Source of the DNA: an uncultured archaeon
Lineage (GTDB): Archaea; Iainarchaeota; Iainarchaeia; Iainarchaeales; JAAZKV01
Direction of reading: 5' to 3'
NCBI GenBank assembly: GCA_964583285.1
Contig: CAZOVD010000001.1
Location: 22,558-86,557, forward strand
Length of the DNA stretch: 64,000 nt
Shown here: positions 48,267 to 58,871 of the stretch, piece by piece
How the letters are laid out: every line of letters begins with the position of its first letter
How positions within the stretch are numbered: position 1 is the first letter of the stretch
Translations under genes and position numbers: made by a program
The notes under the pieces: model-generated
The model's input: only the letters and a program-made list of their open reading frames with translations
What the model was told of the DNA's origin: nothing
Databases searched by the model: none

Positions 48267-50387
48267 ATGGAAATAAATTTAGAAGAACTTGAAAAACAAG
48301 AATCAAGCCCTTTTTCAGAAAAATTTGAAGAATTCTTTAATTTAGAATATAAAAAAGAAATTGAAAAAATTATTGAAGAATATCCTCAGGAAAGAAGTTT
48401 GGTAGTTGATTTTAAAGTACTTGAAAAATTTGATCCAATTTTAGCAGATGAATTAATTGAAAACCCTGACTCAATACTTGAAGCTGCAAATTCAGCAATA
48501 AAAGAAATTAACATTCCCTCACTTAATGTTGAAGAATTTAAACCACACATTAGATTTAATAACTTACCAAGAGATAGACAAGTAAACCTAAAAAATATCA
48601 GCTCAAACCACTTATCAAAAATGATTTGCGTTGAAGGACTTGTAAGACAAATAACTGATGTTTTACCAAAATTAAAAATGGCTACTTGGAAATGCAAACG
48701 ATGCGGAAATATTTATAGAACCCCACAAGAAAAACAACAAATACAAAAGCCAAATATGTGTGAATGTCACTCAAGAGAGTTTGATTTACTTGATGAAAAA
48801 AGTTCTTTTGAAGATTATCAAAAAATACAAATACAAGAACCTCTTGAAAAATTAAGAGGAAATGAACAAGCAGTTTATATTGATGCATATGTTAGTGATG
48901 ATTTAGTAAATAGAGTTAGTGCTGGAGATAAAACAAACTTTGTTGGAGTACTTAGACTTGTACCTCCGCAAAAAGACAAAAAACCAATTTATGGAAGATA
49001 CATAGAAGTTAATCACTTAGAAGAAACACAAAAAGAATTTAGCGAAATTGATGTTAATAAAGAAGAAGAAGAAAAAATAAAAAAACTTGCAAAAAGAGAT
49101 GACATTTTTGAAGTACTAACAAATAGTATTGCCCCATTAATTTATGGACATGATATTGTAAAACAATCAATAGTTTTACAGCTATTTGGAGGTGTAACAA
49201 AATATTTACCAAATGAACAAACAATAAGGGGCAACATACATATTTTGTTAGTTGGTGATCCTGGTTGTGGAAAATCACAACTTTTGCAAGCAACAACAAA
49301 TATTGCACCAAAAAGTATTTACATAAGTGGAAAAACAACTTCTGGAGTTGGACTTACTGCAAGTGCTGTTAAAGATGAATTTGGAGAAGGTGGGTGGACT
49401 CTTAAAGCTGGAGCACTAGTACTTGCGTCAGGCGGAATTTGCATGGCAGATGAACTTGATAAAATGGATCCACAAGATAGAAGTGCCTTGCACGAAGCAA
49501 TGGAACAAGGAATGATAAGTGTAGCAAAAGCAGGAATAATTTCAAGATTTAAATCAGACACTTCAATGCTTGCTGCTGCAAATCCAAAATTTTCTAGATT
49601 TGATAAATATCAATCACCACTTGAACAAATAGATTTACCACCATCATTAATTTCAAGATTTGATTTATTTTTTATGATAAAAGATATTCTTGATAGAACT
49701 CAAGACCAAAATATTGCAGAACACATTCTAAAAACACATCAAAGTGGAGAAAAATTAAGACAAGTAGCAAAACTTGGAAAAAAATTATCAAAAGAAGAAA
49801 AAGAAGAAATTGATGAAAGAACAAAGCCAATAATTGATTCAGAATTATTAAGAAAATATATTTCATATTGTAGACAAAAATGTTTTCCGGTTTTAAATGA
49901 AGATGCGATAAATGAAATAACTGATTTTTATGTAAGACTTCGTGATCAAGGAAGACAAGATGGAGCATATGCTGCAACAGCAAGACAACTTGAAGGGCTT
50001 GTAAGACTTGCAGAAGCAAATGCAAAAATAAGACTAAAAGATTCTGTAGAACTTGAAGACGCACAAAGAGCAATAAATCTTGTTAAAAGAAGTTTAGAAG
50101 AAACTGTAACTGATCCAGAAACTGGAAAAATTGATATTGATATAATTAATTCAGGAGTAACTAGTACAAAACAACACTCAATAAATATAACTTTAAAATT
50201 AATAAAAGATTTTGCAATTGAAATGGATATGGTTCCAGTAGAACAAGTATTAAGTGAAGGAATTGAAAAAGGGCTTGATGAAACTAAAATAAATTCAGCA
50301 ATAGAAGATTTGATTAAAAAGGGAGAAATTTATAGTCCACGACATGGATTTGTAAAACCTACAAAAAAGGATAAAAATTTTAGCTAA
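48267..50387 (+). CDS. mcm: Replicative helicase MCM (no intein)
   Basis: Zn finger CKRC, IQIQE, GDPGCGKSQ, GLTA, DELDKM, LHEAMEQ, AANP, SRFD, TARQLE. Confidence 0.98.
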   Translation: MEINLEELEKQESSPFSEKFEEFFNLEYKKEIEKIIEEYPQERSLVVDFKVLEKFDPILADELIENPDSILEAANSAIKEINIPSLNVEEFKPHIRFNNLPRDRQVNLKNISSNHLSKMICVEGLVRQITDVLPKLKMATWKCKRCGNIYRTPQEKQQIQKPNMCECHSREFDLLDEKSSFEDYQKIQIQEPLEKLRGNEQAVYIDAYVSDDLVNRVSAGDKTNFVGVLRLVPPQKDKKPIYGRYIEVNHLEETQKEFSEIDVNKEEEEKIKKLAKRDDIFEVLTNSIAPLIYGHDIVKQSIVLQLFGGVTKYLPNEQTIRGNIHILLVGDPGCGKSQLLQATTNIAPKSIYISGKTTSGVGLTASAVKDEFGEGGWTLKAGALVLASGGICMADELDKMDPQDRSALHEAMEQGMISVAKAGIISRFKSDTSMLAAANPKFSRFDKYQSPLEQIDLPPSLISRFDLFFMIKDILDRTQDQNIAEHILKTHQSGEKLRQVAKLGKKLSKEEKEEIDERTKPIIDSELLRKYISYCRQKCFPVLNEDAINEITDFYVRLRDQGRQDGAYAATARQLEGLVRLAEANAKIRLKDSVELEDAQRAINLVKRSLEETVTDPETGKIDIDIINSGVTSTKQHSINITLKLIKDFAIEMDMVPVEQVLSEGIEKGLDETKINSAIEDLIKKGEIYSPRHGFVKPTKKDKNFS

Positions 50388-50439
50388 ATTTACTAACAAA
50401 AAGCAATGTAATAAAAAAAGGAAATAACATTATTAATCT

Positions 50440-51282
50440 ATGAAAACAGAACTAAAAGAAAGTGAAAATAAGAAAAACTCACAAGTTTTTTTATTACTTG
50501 CAATATTTTTCATTATAACCCAATCAATTGGATTATTTGTAACTAGTACTTTAATTTCTTTAAATGTAGAGGCAAAACTTTTCACAGAAGATGTTAATGA
50601 TCCGATTAATGCAATATATCTTTTTTTAGTAATACTTTTAATGACTGGAATAATTCTTTTAATATTAAAATTTAGAAAGCAAAATAGTTTCTTGTGGATT
50701 ATTGAAGGCCTTGCAGTACTTTCAACATCTTTAATAGTATTTAGTGCAGTTTTTCCAAACAATGATTTAATTGCAATAGCATTAACATTAATTATTTTTG
50801 TTCTAAGATACACAAACAGAGAAAATGTTTTAATTAGAAATATTGTAAGTGTAATTGCAATTAGTGGTGCTGGAGCAATGGTTGGAATTTCAATTGGATT
50901 AGTACCTGTTTTAGTGTTTATTTTTATTTTAGCAATTTATGATTTAGTAGCCGTGTTTGGAACAAAACATATGGTGTCACTTGGAAAGGCAGTGTCAAAA
51001 AATAATTTTGCATTTACTATCTCAATGCCAACAAAACAACATAAATTTGAACTTGGAAATGGCGATTTAGTAATTCCGCTTGTTACTGCAAGTAGTATAA
51101 TTGCGAGTGGTTGGTTTAATAATAATTATTTAGTTAGTGGGTTTGTATTAATTAGTAGTTTTATTGGACTTGTTATTGCAATTCACATAGTTTCAAGTAA
51201 AAAAATTGCTTTGCCAGCACTACCCCCACAAGTGTTATTAATGATATTAGTAATAATAATTTCAACATTTATTGGTTTATAA
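50440..51282 (+). CDS. Presenilin/SPP-like GxGD intramembrane aspartyl protease
   Basis: YDLVAV..KHM, LGNGD, PALP motifs; ~9 TM helices. Confidence 0.9.
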   Translation: MKTELKESENKKNSQVFLLLAIFFIITQSIGLFVTSTLISLNVEAKLFTEDVNDPINAIYLFLVILLMTGIILLILKFRKQNSFLWIIEGLAVLSTSLIVFSAVFPNNDLIAIALTLIIFVLRYTNRENVLIRNIVSVIAISGAGAMVGISIGLVPVLVFIFILAIYDLVAVFGTKHMVSLGKAVSKNNFAFTISMPTKQHKFELGNGDLVIPLVTASSIIASGWFNNNYLVSGFVLISSFIGLVIAIHIVSSKKIALPALPPQVLLMILVIIISTFIGL

Positions 51283-51283
51283 A

Positions 51284-51871
51284 ATGACTAGAAAATATAA
51301 TATACTTAATTTAGGTTCTGGAAATAGACATTTAGAAGCTAAACATAAATTTGGAAGAAAACAAAATACTTTTGTAGAACCATTTTGGTATCAATTAAGA
51401 GTATTTGAGAGATTAAGACTAGCATTTAGAAATAGTGAGCTTTCAACTTTAACAGCCCATGAATTTTTAGATAAAGCAATTAAACAAAAAAGAACTTATA
51501 AAAAAATAGAAATTCATATGCCTCTTGGAGGAATAGTTAGCAAAAAAATGGATTTTTTTGGACTTTGTAGAAAAATGCACACTGTTTTAGAAAAAGGTGG
51601 ACAAGTAGAGATGTTAATTGATTTTCACTCAGAAGAATCAAAACATGGTTTTAATAAACTTGGAATTTTTACTGAAAATGATCCAAGAAAAGGTCCTTTT
51701 GAAGGATCATCTCAAATACCGGAAGATGTTTTACCAGCACTTGAAAAAAATGGTTTTTTTGTAAAAAAAATTATTGCATATCAAATTCCTGATTCAGTAA
51801 TAAACAAAAGTACAATTGCAAAAAATACAAATAAAGAAAGATTAACACTTTTAATTGCAACTAAAAAATAA
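51284..51871 (+). CDS. Hypothetical protein, degenerate methyltransferase-like
   Basis: ILNLGSG, VLEKGG, LEKNGF segments resemble a class I MTase fold. Confidence 0.5.
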   Translation: MTRKYNILNLGSGNRHLEAKHKFGRKQNTFVEPFWYQLRVFERLRLAFRNSELSTLTAHEFLDKAIKQKRTYKKIEIHMPLGGIVSKKMDFFGLCRKMHTVLEKGGQVEMLIDFHSEESKHGFNKLGIFTENDPRKGPFEGSSQIPEDVLPALEKNGFFVKKIIAYQIPDSVINKSTIAKNTNKERLTLLIATKK

Positions 51872-51873
51872 AA

Positions 51874-52296
51874 TTATTTTATTTTTGATAAATCTTTATT
51901 GATAACTATTGGTTTAAATGCTTTTAATTCATCTTCAAAAATATTTTTTGGAATATTATTGTACAGAAATATTTTTTTATTTAGTTCCCAAGCTTTAAAA
52001 ATTTCAAGAAATGTTGCCCCGCCAATATAATTTTTTTGACCTTTTTTTTCTAAATTAATACATAAAACAGCATCAGACCATTTTACTTTTTCATCTTGAA
52101 GTTTAATCATATTTGCTTTCCAAGAAGAATGTGCAATAGGCTCTTCTTTTTTTATTCGCTCTTCTTCAAAAGGAGCATCAAAAGAATTAGGTAGTTTTGT
52201 TTCATGCCCAAGTAATTTGAGGGCATCACTTATTTTTGAAACTTTATGATAAAAATGTTTACTACAAATAATAAATATTTTCAATTTAAGCACCAA
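51874..52296 (-). CDS. Nucleoside 2-deoxyribosyltransferase-like protein
   Basis: IFIICS, SDAVLCIN, YIGGATFLEI..A..LNKKI. Confidence 0.65.
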   Translation of the reverse strand: MVLKLKIFIICSKHFYHKVSKISDALKLLGHETKLPNSFDAPFEEERIKKEEPIAHSSWKANMIKLQDEKVKWSDAVLCINLEKKGQKNYIGGATFLEIFKAWELNKKIFLYNNIPKNIFEDELKAFKPIVINKDLSKIK

Positions 52297-52792
52297 ATAA
52301 ATGAATCAAAAAAGTTATTCCAAAATAACCCGCGTATGCAAGAATTGTATATCTTGGAATTTTACCAATTAAGGTTCCAATAAAAAATTTTGATTTTGGA
52401 TATTTTGCAAGACCTGCGGCAATTCCAATTAAATCAAATGGAAGTGGAGTAAAAGAAAAAAATGCAATAAGAGGAATTCCAACATCTTGTAATTTTTCTT
52501 TTAAAATATTAAGATTTTTTATTTCTTTTTTTGACATTGATTCAAAACTTTTTATGCCAGCAAGACCAATAAAATAACCGCTAAATTCTCCAATGCTAGC
52601 ACCAATACCAACAATTATTCCAAGTATAAACGGAGTTAATATACCAAGTCCAAAAAAATCAATTGTTGAAACTGGGACAATGATTAAATCAACTGGAAGT
52701 GGTAAAAATAATGTTGCATTACCAATTATTGCAGCTATAAAAAGACCAATAGGACCTATTGAAATTAAAAAATTCATCAAGTCAGTTATCAT
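52286..52792 (-). CDS. DedA/VTT (SNARE-associated) membrane protein
   Basis: FLPLP, GASIGEFSGYFIG, PLPFDLIGIAAG, GKIPRY; start at ATG 52792. Confidence 0.88.
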   Translation of the reverse strand: MITDLMNFLISIGPIGLFIAAIIGNATLFLPLPVDLIIVPVSTIDFFGLGILTPFILGIIVGIGASIGEFSGYFIGLAGIKSFESMSKKEIKNLNILKEKLQDVGIPLIAFFSFTPLPFDLIGIAAGLAKYPKSKFFIGTLIGKIPRYTILAYAGYFGITFLIHLFGA

Positions 52793-52877
52793 TAAAGAAG
52801 AATGCTTTATTAATATAAATAATTTTGTATTAACCAAAAAAATTGCCTTTATATACCTTTTGAAACAGCAAATTATT

Positions 52878-53288
52878 ATGGTATTAAAATATGAAGAAAT
52901 GCTTGATAGAGCATATTTAAGCATCCCAAAAGAAGCTTTAAAACATGAGAGATTTGTTATTCCAAAAGCAGATTCTATGATACAAGGAAAAAAAACTTTT
53001 GTTAAAGGATTTAGTAATCTTATAAAAGAAATGAGACGCGATAAAAAACATTTTTTAAAATATTTAACAAAAGAAACAGGAACTAGTGTTACTGAATCTG
53101 GGCAAAATATTAATATTAACGGAAAAATTGGGGCAATAAAATTAAACAAAATAATTGAAGATTATTTTACACAATTTGTACTCTGTAGTGAATGTAGTAA
53201 ACCAGACACAAAAATAATTTCACAAAATGGAATAAAATTTATGAAATGTGAAGCGTGCGGAGCAATAACTCCAGTAAAAGGTATTTAA
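52878..53288 (+). CDS. eif2b: Translation initiation factor aIF2 beta
   Basis: YEEMLDRAY, ERFVIP, KETGT, CSECSKPDT, CEACGA. Confidence 0.95.
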   Translation: MVLKYEEMLDRAYLSIPKEALKHERFVIPKADSMIQGKKTFVKGFSNLIKEMRRDKKHFLKYLTKETGTSVTESGQNININGKIGAIKLNKIIEDYFTQFVLCSECSKPDTKIISQNGIKFMKCEACGAITPVKGI

Positions 53289-53298
53289 GAGTGATTAT

Positions 53299-53589
53299 TT
53301 GATTGCAAAAATACATGAAATACAAAACCACACATTACTTGCTATTTGTGATGATGAACTTCTTGGTAAAAAAATTGAAACAGAAAAAATAGAATTTAAT
53401 GTTTCAGAAAGATTTTATGGTGGAGATGAAATTAATGAAGAAGAATTAGTAAACTTATTTGAAAATTCTAATTCAATAAATGTTATTGGCAACAAAAGTG
53501 TTGAAATTCTTCAAAAAAAAGGTTTAATAAATGAAAGTTCGATAATTAACATTAGCAACATAAAACATGTTCAAATATATAAGGTATGA
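53299..53589 (+). CDS. DUF424 family protein
   Basis: LLAICDDELLGK, VSERFYGG, INVIG. Confidence 0.88.
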   Translation: MIAKIHEIQNHTLLAICDDELLGKKIETEKIEFNVSERFYGGDEINEEELVNLFENSNSINVIGNKSVEILQKKGLINESSIINISNIKHVQIYKV

Positions 53590-53600
53590 GATGATTAAAA

Positions 53601-53966
53601 ATGGCAAATTTTAATTCACAAAAAAGAAAAAACACTATGAGTAAAACTAAAGGAAATGAAACTACTGAAAACGAAGAATTTGTTGGAAGAGTAAAAACTC
53701 CAAACAAAAATAATTTAGAACAATTAGCAGTAGTTGTTCAATTAATGGGTTCTGATCAAGTAAAAGTATTTTGTGAAGATGGGCAAGAAAGACAATTAAG
53801 AATCCCTGGAAAATTAAAAAAAAGAGTATGGCTTCGTGAAAATGATATTATAATTGCAAAACTTTGGGATTTTCAACCAAGCAAGGGAGATGTTACTTGG
53901 AGATATCTTGGAAATCAAATCACTTGGCTTAAAAAAAATGGTTACTTAGATAAATTACCAATTTAA
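53601..53966 (+). CDS. eif1a: Translation initiation factor aIF1A
   Basis: CEDGQER, RIPGKLKKRVW, WDFQ..KGDVTWRY. Confidence 0.95.
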   Translation: MANFNSQKRKNTMSKTKGNETTENEEFVGRVKTPNKNNLEQLAVVVQLMGSDQVKVFCEDGQERQLRIPGKLKKRVWLRENDIIIAKLWDFQPSKGDVTWRYLGNQITWLKKNGYLDKLPI

Positions 53967-54029
53967 CTAATTTTAAATAAATATTTAGCAAATTATTAAT
54001 TAATATAATTTAATAATAAAATGATATTT

Positions 54030-54794
54030 ATGAAAGATAAAAATGAACATAAGTTTGAAAGAACTGAAAATTACAAAGACAAATTAACAAAAAATAAAGA
54101 TGTTAGAAAAATATTTGACTCTGTTTTTGACAAAGCCACTATTGATACAATTTATCAACTTGCTAGAAAAAAATATTTTGACGAAATTGAATTTGTAATT
54201 GCAACTGGAAAAGAAGGAAATTTTTTTAGATGTAAGGCCGGTGATAATTTTGTTGGGCTTAAAATTTATAAAATAGAAACTAGCGATTTTAAACATATGG
54301 GAGATTATATTTTTGGCGATGAAAGATTTAAAGACATAAGAAAAGATAAATTAAGCATTATTGAAGCATGGACAAGAAAAGAATTTAGAAATTTAGAAGA
54401 TTTAACAAAAGCAAAAATTCGTGTACCACTCCCTATTGCGTTTAAACGAAATTGTCTTGTAATGGAATTTATTGGAGAAGATGGAATTGCTTCGCCAAAA
54501 GCAAAAAATAAAATATTTGAAAATATGCAAGAAAAATACGAACTTATTTGTAAATACTTATCAAAAATGGTTGAAAAAAGATTAGTGCATGGAGATTTAA
54601 GCGAATATAATATTTTAAACAAAAATGAAGAACTTGTAATTATTGATGTTGGACAAACAGTAACAACTATGCACCCAAACGCAGAAGAATTTTTTAAAAG
54701 AGACGTGTTAAATTTATCAAATTGGTTTAGAAAAAATGGTATTGATACTAATTTTGAAAAAATGTACCAAGATATAAAAAATTTAAAAAAATAA
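54030..54794 (+). CDS. rio1: RIO1 atypical Ser/Thr kinase
   Basis: TGKE, KIYK, WTRKEFRNL, VHGDLSEYNIL, IDVGQ. Confidence 0.93.
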   Translation: MKDKNEHKFERTENYKDKLTKNKDVRKIFDSVFDKATIDTIYQLARKKYFDEIEFVIATGKEGNFFRCKAGDNFVGLKIYKIETSDFKHMGDYIFGDERFKDIRKDKLSIIEAWTRKEFRNLEDLTKAKIRVPLPIAFKRNCLVMEFIGEDGIASPKAKNKIFENMQEKYELICKYLSKMVEKRLVHGDLSEYNILNKNEELVIIDVGQTVTTMHPNAEEFFKRDVLNLSNWFRKNGIDTNFEKMYQDIKNLKK

Positions 54795-54865
54795 TTAGAA
54801 ACTAATTTATTTATTAAAAAATAAACTAAATCATATTTATAATAGTTTATGAAGTTAAATACAAT

Positions 54866-55384
54866 ATGGAAGAAATAATAAAAGTACCAACTAAAAGAAT
54901 TGGAGCTTTAATTGGTCCTAGTGGAATAACTAAATCAAAAATTATGAGACTAACAAAAACTAAAATAGAAGTTGACTCTCATGAAGGAGATGTTATTATT
55001 ACAGGCGAAGGAGAAGAATTTTTTAAAGCAAGAGATGTAATAAAAGCAATTGCAAGAGGTTTTTCACCAGAAAGAGCTTTTACTTTATTAAAAGATGATT
55101 ATTTACTTTATGTTATTAATATACCTGATATTGTTGGAAATAATAATTCTAAACAAAAAGCAAAAAAAGGAAGAGTAATTGGAAGGGATGGCGCAGCTAG
55201 AATAGAAATAGAAAAAAGAACAAACTCATTAATTAGTGTTTATGGCAAAACTATATCTATTATATCAAGCCCTAGTAACTTAGAATCAGCAATAAATGCA
55301 GTAACTATGCTTCTTGATGGGGCAAAGCACGAAACTGTTGAGAATTTTTTAAATTATAAAGAAAAAACAAGGTTTGAACTTTAA
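54866..55384 (+). CDS. KH-domain pre-rRNA processing protein Dim2/Pno1
   Basis: RIGALIG, AIARGFSPE, GRVIGRDG, VYGKT. Confidence 0.92.
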   Translation: MEEIIKVPTKRIGALIGPSGITKSKIMRLTKTKIEVDSHEGDVIITGEGEEFFKARDVIKAIARGFSPERAFTLLKDDYLLYVINIPDIVGNNNSKQKAKKGRVIGRDGAARIEIEKRTNSLISVYGKTISIISSPSNLESAINAVTMLLDGAKHETVENFLNYKEKTRFEL

Positions 55385-55471
55385 AAATAACCTAAAAAAG
55401 GATTAGATTTAAATACTTTAGTAAATTTCATTCTATTAGGTTTTAAATTTAATAAAAAATAGTTGGTGAGC

Positions 55472-57169
55472 ATGGCTAAAGAAAAGGAACAAAATCAGGA
55501 TACTAATTATAGTGCAGGAACAAAAAAACTTGATTCTGAATTTAAAGAACATTCAGTTGCCGAATTTTTTAAGAAAAATAAGCAAATGCTAGGTTTTGTT
55601 GGAAAAATAAGAACATTAACCATGATAGTTCACGAATATGTTACAAATTCACTTGATGCTTGTGAAGAAGCTGGAATACTGCCAACAATTGATGTAAAAA
55701 TTGATGAACTTGGAAAAGAATATTATGAAATTACTGTAACTGATAATGGGCCTGGGATAAGCCAAGAAAATATTGGAAAAGCCTTTGGAAAATTACTTGC
55801 TGGAACAAAATTTCACAGACTTATTCAATCAAGAGGGCAACAAGGAATTGGTTGTAGTGGTTGTACTATGCTTTCACAAATGACTACTGGAAAGGCTAGT
55901 AAAATAATAACTGGAAGAAAAGGAAAAAAACCTATTTCTCTTGAAATTACAATTGATCCAAAACACAATGAACCAAAAATAACTAATTTTAAAGAACTTG
56001 AAAAAGATTTTACTGGAACTGCAGTTCAAGCAAAATTTAAAGACGCTGTTTATAGAGATAGTGAACAAGGTGTTCTTGAATATTTAAGAAGAACTGCAAT
56101 AGCTAATCCTCACGCAGAAATTAATTTTAGAGACCCAATGGGACAAAAATTCAAATTCAAAAGAACTACCAATAAAAATCCAGAGCTACCAAAAGAAGTA
56201 AAACCACACCCAAAAGGAGTTACTGTTGATGAAATTATTACTCTTGTAAAAACAACAAATGCAAGAACTGTTCAAAGTTTTATAACTAATGATTTTGATA
56301 GAACTGGTGCGAAATCGGTTGAAGAAGTTAAAAAAAGAGTTAATTTTGATTTAAATAAAGATCCAAAAAAAATAACTTGGGAAGAAGCTGAAGAAATAAT
56401 AAAAGCATTTAAACACATTGATTTTATTGCACCAACTATGGATGCACTAAGACCTATTGGTGAAGAACAAATAAAAAAATCACTAGAAAATATAGTAAAA
56501 CCAGAATTTTTAACAGTACTTACAAGAAAACCAACTGTTTATGCAGGAGGTTTTCCTTTCCAAGTAGAAATTGCAATAGCTTATGGTGGAGAAGCTGGAA
56601 GAAATGTTAATGAAGAGGGAAGAAAACTTGAAATAATGAGATTTGCAAATAGAGTTCCTTTGCCTTTTGATGCTGGAAACTGTGCATTAACACACGCTGT
56701 ACAAAGTATTGATTGGAAAAGATATAATATGAAAGATGCTGAAAATTCACCAATCACAATTTTTATTAATTTTATTTCAGTACACATACCATACACTGGT
56801 GCTGGAAAGCAAAGTGTTGCTGATGAAGATGAAGTACTTGAAGAATTAAGACTTGCATTAATGAATACTGGAAGACGTGCAGGAATATTTATTTCACATA
56901 AAAGAAAAGAAGCGGAAAATCAATTAAAAAGAAAAATGTTTTACAAATACATTCCAGAAATAGCAAGAGCACTAAAAGCAATAACAAATGCAAATGAAGA
57001 TAAAATAAAAGAAAATATGGAAAAATTAGTTCTTGAAAAATTAAAACTTGATGAAGCAAAAGACCAAGAAGAGCTTGCAAAACTTCAAGAACAAATGGAT
57101 AATGATTCAAAAAGCAGTACAGTTAAGGCAACTGATGAAAAAGCAAAAAAAAAGAAGAGTAAAAAATGA
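55472..57169 (+). CDS. top6B: DNA topoisomerase VI subunit B
   Basis: [39 protein letters not shown]. Confidence 0.97.
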   Translation: MAKEKEQNQDTNYSAGTKKLDSEFKEHSVAEFFKKNKQMLGFVGKIRTLTMIVHEYVTNSLDACEEAGILPTIDVKIDELGKEYYEITVTDNGPGISQENIGKAFGKLLAGTKFHRLIQSRGQQGIGCSGCTMLSQMTTGKASKIITGRKGKKPISLEITIDPKHNEPKITNFKELEKDFTGTAVQAKFKDAVYRDSEQGVLEYLRRTAIANPHAEINFRDPMGQKFKFKRTTNKNPELPKEVKPHPKGVTVDEIITLVKTTNARTVQSFITNDFDRTGAKSVEEVKKRVNFDLNKDPKKITWEEAEEIIKAFKHIDFIAPTMDALRPIGEEQIKKSLENIVKPEFLTVLTRKPTVYAGGFPFQVEIAIAYGGEAGRNVNEEGRKLEIMRFANRVPLPFDAGNCALTHAVQSIDWKRYNMKDAENSPITIFINFISVHIPYTGAGKQSVADEDEVLEELRLALMNTGRRAGIFISHKRKEAENQLKRKMFYKYIPEIARALKAITNANEDKIKENMEKLVLEKLKLDEAKDQEELAKLQEQMDNDSKSSTVKATDEKAKKKKSKK

Positions 57170-57181
57170 GGATGATTTAAC

Positions 57182-58330
57182 ATGGCAGAAAGAAAAATGA
57201 AAAAACCAAAAAAAGATATTATTCGAAGAGAAATAGCCTCGTCAAAAGAAATAGGATCAAGAATTAAAAAAACTGCAGACGAAATGGTTAAAGAAATCAA
57301 CTCACATAAAGATCCAACTTTTACAACTCAACAAAGAGGAAAAAGTAATGTTGTTTGGGATGATGATAAAGGATACTTAGAACTTGGAGAAAAAACAATT
57401 ACTAGAAATTTTTTAAACGTTGCACATGCAAGAAAATTCATGCAAACAAGCATGATAATGTCAAAAGCTTATGATTATTTAAATCATAATAAAACTGCAA
57501 GTATCAGAGAAATTTATTACGAATTAAAACACACAATAGAAGGAACAAAAGAAAACACTTTTGAAGGACAAGATGAAAGTGACCCTATAATAGTTGATCT
57601 TGAACATAGTGTAAATACAATTAGAGAAAAATTAAATTTGCATGCAAATCCAAAAGGAACTTTATATGGAAATATAACTCTAAAAGATAAAATGCACTTT
57701 AATGATGTATTTAATGCCTCAAAACTTGGTAGGGGCGGATGGAGCATTATGTCAAGAGTTGAACCTGAAGAAATTGAAATAGTTGAAACTAATGCTGATT
57801 ATTTACTTGTTGTTGAAACTGAAGCAATGTTTGAAAGATTAATTGAAGAAGGATTTCCAAAAGACAATCACTGCTTATTAATTGGTGTTGGTGGACAAGC
57901 CGCAAGAGGAGCAAGAAGATTGATACATAGAATTCACAAGGAACTTGATTTACCAGTTTATGTATTTACAGATGGAGACCCATATGGATGGTATATTTAT
58001 TCAGTAATAAAACAAGGATCAATGGCGCTTGCTGCACACTCTGAATTTATGTCAGTACCTGACGCAAAATATATTGGAATGACTATTGATGATGTTAAAA
58101 CTTATAAACTTGAAAATGTAACTGAACAAATGAAAGAAGGAGATATTAAAAGAGCAAAAGAAATGCTTGAATATCCTTGGTTTCAAAATAAGGATTGGCA
58201 AGAACAATTAAAAAAAGCACTAACTCAAAAAATTAGAATAGAACAACAAGCACTTGCAAATAGAAGACTTGACTTTGTTGCAACACATTACTTGCCTGAA
58301 AAAATTAGCAAAAAAGATTTCTTACCATAG
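57182..58330 (+). CDS. top6A: DNA topoisomerase VI subunit A
   Basis: REIYY, Q.ESD..I.DLE, VVET, DGDPYG, EQQAL. Confidence 0.97.
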   Translation: MAERKMKKPKKDIIRREIASSKEIGSRIKKTADEMVKEINSHKDPTFTTQQRGKSNVVWDDDKGYLELGEKTITRNFLNVAHARKFMQTSMIMSKAYDYLNHNKTASIREIYYELKHTIEGTKENTFEGQDESDPIIVDLEHSVNTIREKLNLHANPKGTLYGNITLKDKMHFNDVFNASKLGRGGWSIMSRVEPEEIEIVETNADYLLVVETEAMFERLIEEGFPKDNHCLLIGVGGQAARGARRLIHRIHKELDLPVYVFTDGDPYGWYIYSVIKQGSMALAAHSEFMSVPDAKYIGMTIDDVKTYKLENVTEQMKEGDIKRAKEMLEYPWFQNKDWQEQLKKALTQKIRIEQQALANRRLDFVATHYLPEKISKKDFLP

Positions 58331-58332
58331 AA

Positions 58333-58812
58333 CTATTTTCTTTTAGGTTGATCACTTTTTGTTCGTCTAACAACAATATTACCAGTTTCACTTTCTACTT
58401 TTTTAATTGCTTCATTTAGTAAAAACCCAATGTTTTTTTTAGTCCCAGGACTAATTTTTTTTGATTTTAAGTATTCAATTAAATGATTTACTGATACACC
58501 TATTACTTCACCATTTTTATTTTTTAGCCCATACCTTTTAACATATTCAACAGCCACACTAAATCTTTTTATGTTTCTATCCCTTACTTTTGGACTTTTA
58601 ACTAATCTAACACTAGCAAATAACTTTGCATTACGTGCGTTAAATTCTTTATTAATTTCAATTACTCTTGATTTTGAAACACCAAAATGGTCTGCAATTT
58701 GAGATAAAGTTTGAAAACGTAAATCACTAGTATTTTTTAAAGCATTAACTATCCTAGTTTTTTTATTTGGATTATTTGATGCAAATTTTCCACTAACTCT
58801 TCTAATTGACAT
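58333..58812 (-). CDS. Basic hypothetical protein with HTH-like segment
   Basis: TLSQIADHFGVSKSRVIEI. Confidence 0.6.
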   Translation of the reverse strand: MSIRRVSGKFASNNPNKKTRIVNALKNTSDLRFQTLSQIADHFGVSKSRVIEINKEFNARNAKLFASVRLVKSPKVRDRNIKRFSVAVEYVKRYGLKNKNGEVIGVSVNHLIEYLKSKKISPGTKKNIGFLLNEAIKKVESETGNIVVRRTKSDQPKRK

Positions 58813-58871
58813 ACATAATTTATAAAAAAAAGAGTTATTAAATGAGTGTGAAAAAATAATTAATAGAAAAA

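Noticed and set aside
52593..53149. Apparent long overlap between the DedA ORF and the aIF2beta ORF
   Set aside because: Artefact of upstream alternative starts; the real starts at 52792 (-) and 52878 (+) are divergent and do not overlap.
48267..58330. Inteins in MCM or topoisomerase VI
   Set aside because: Lengths are normal and motifs contiguous; no splice-junction signatures.
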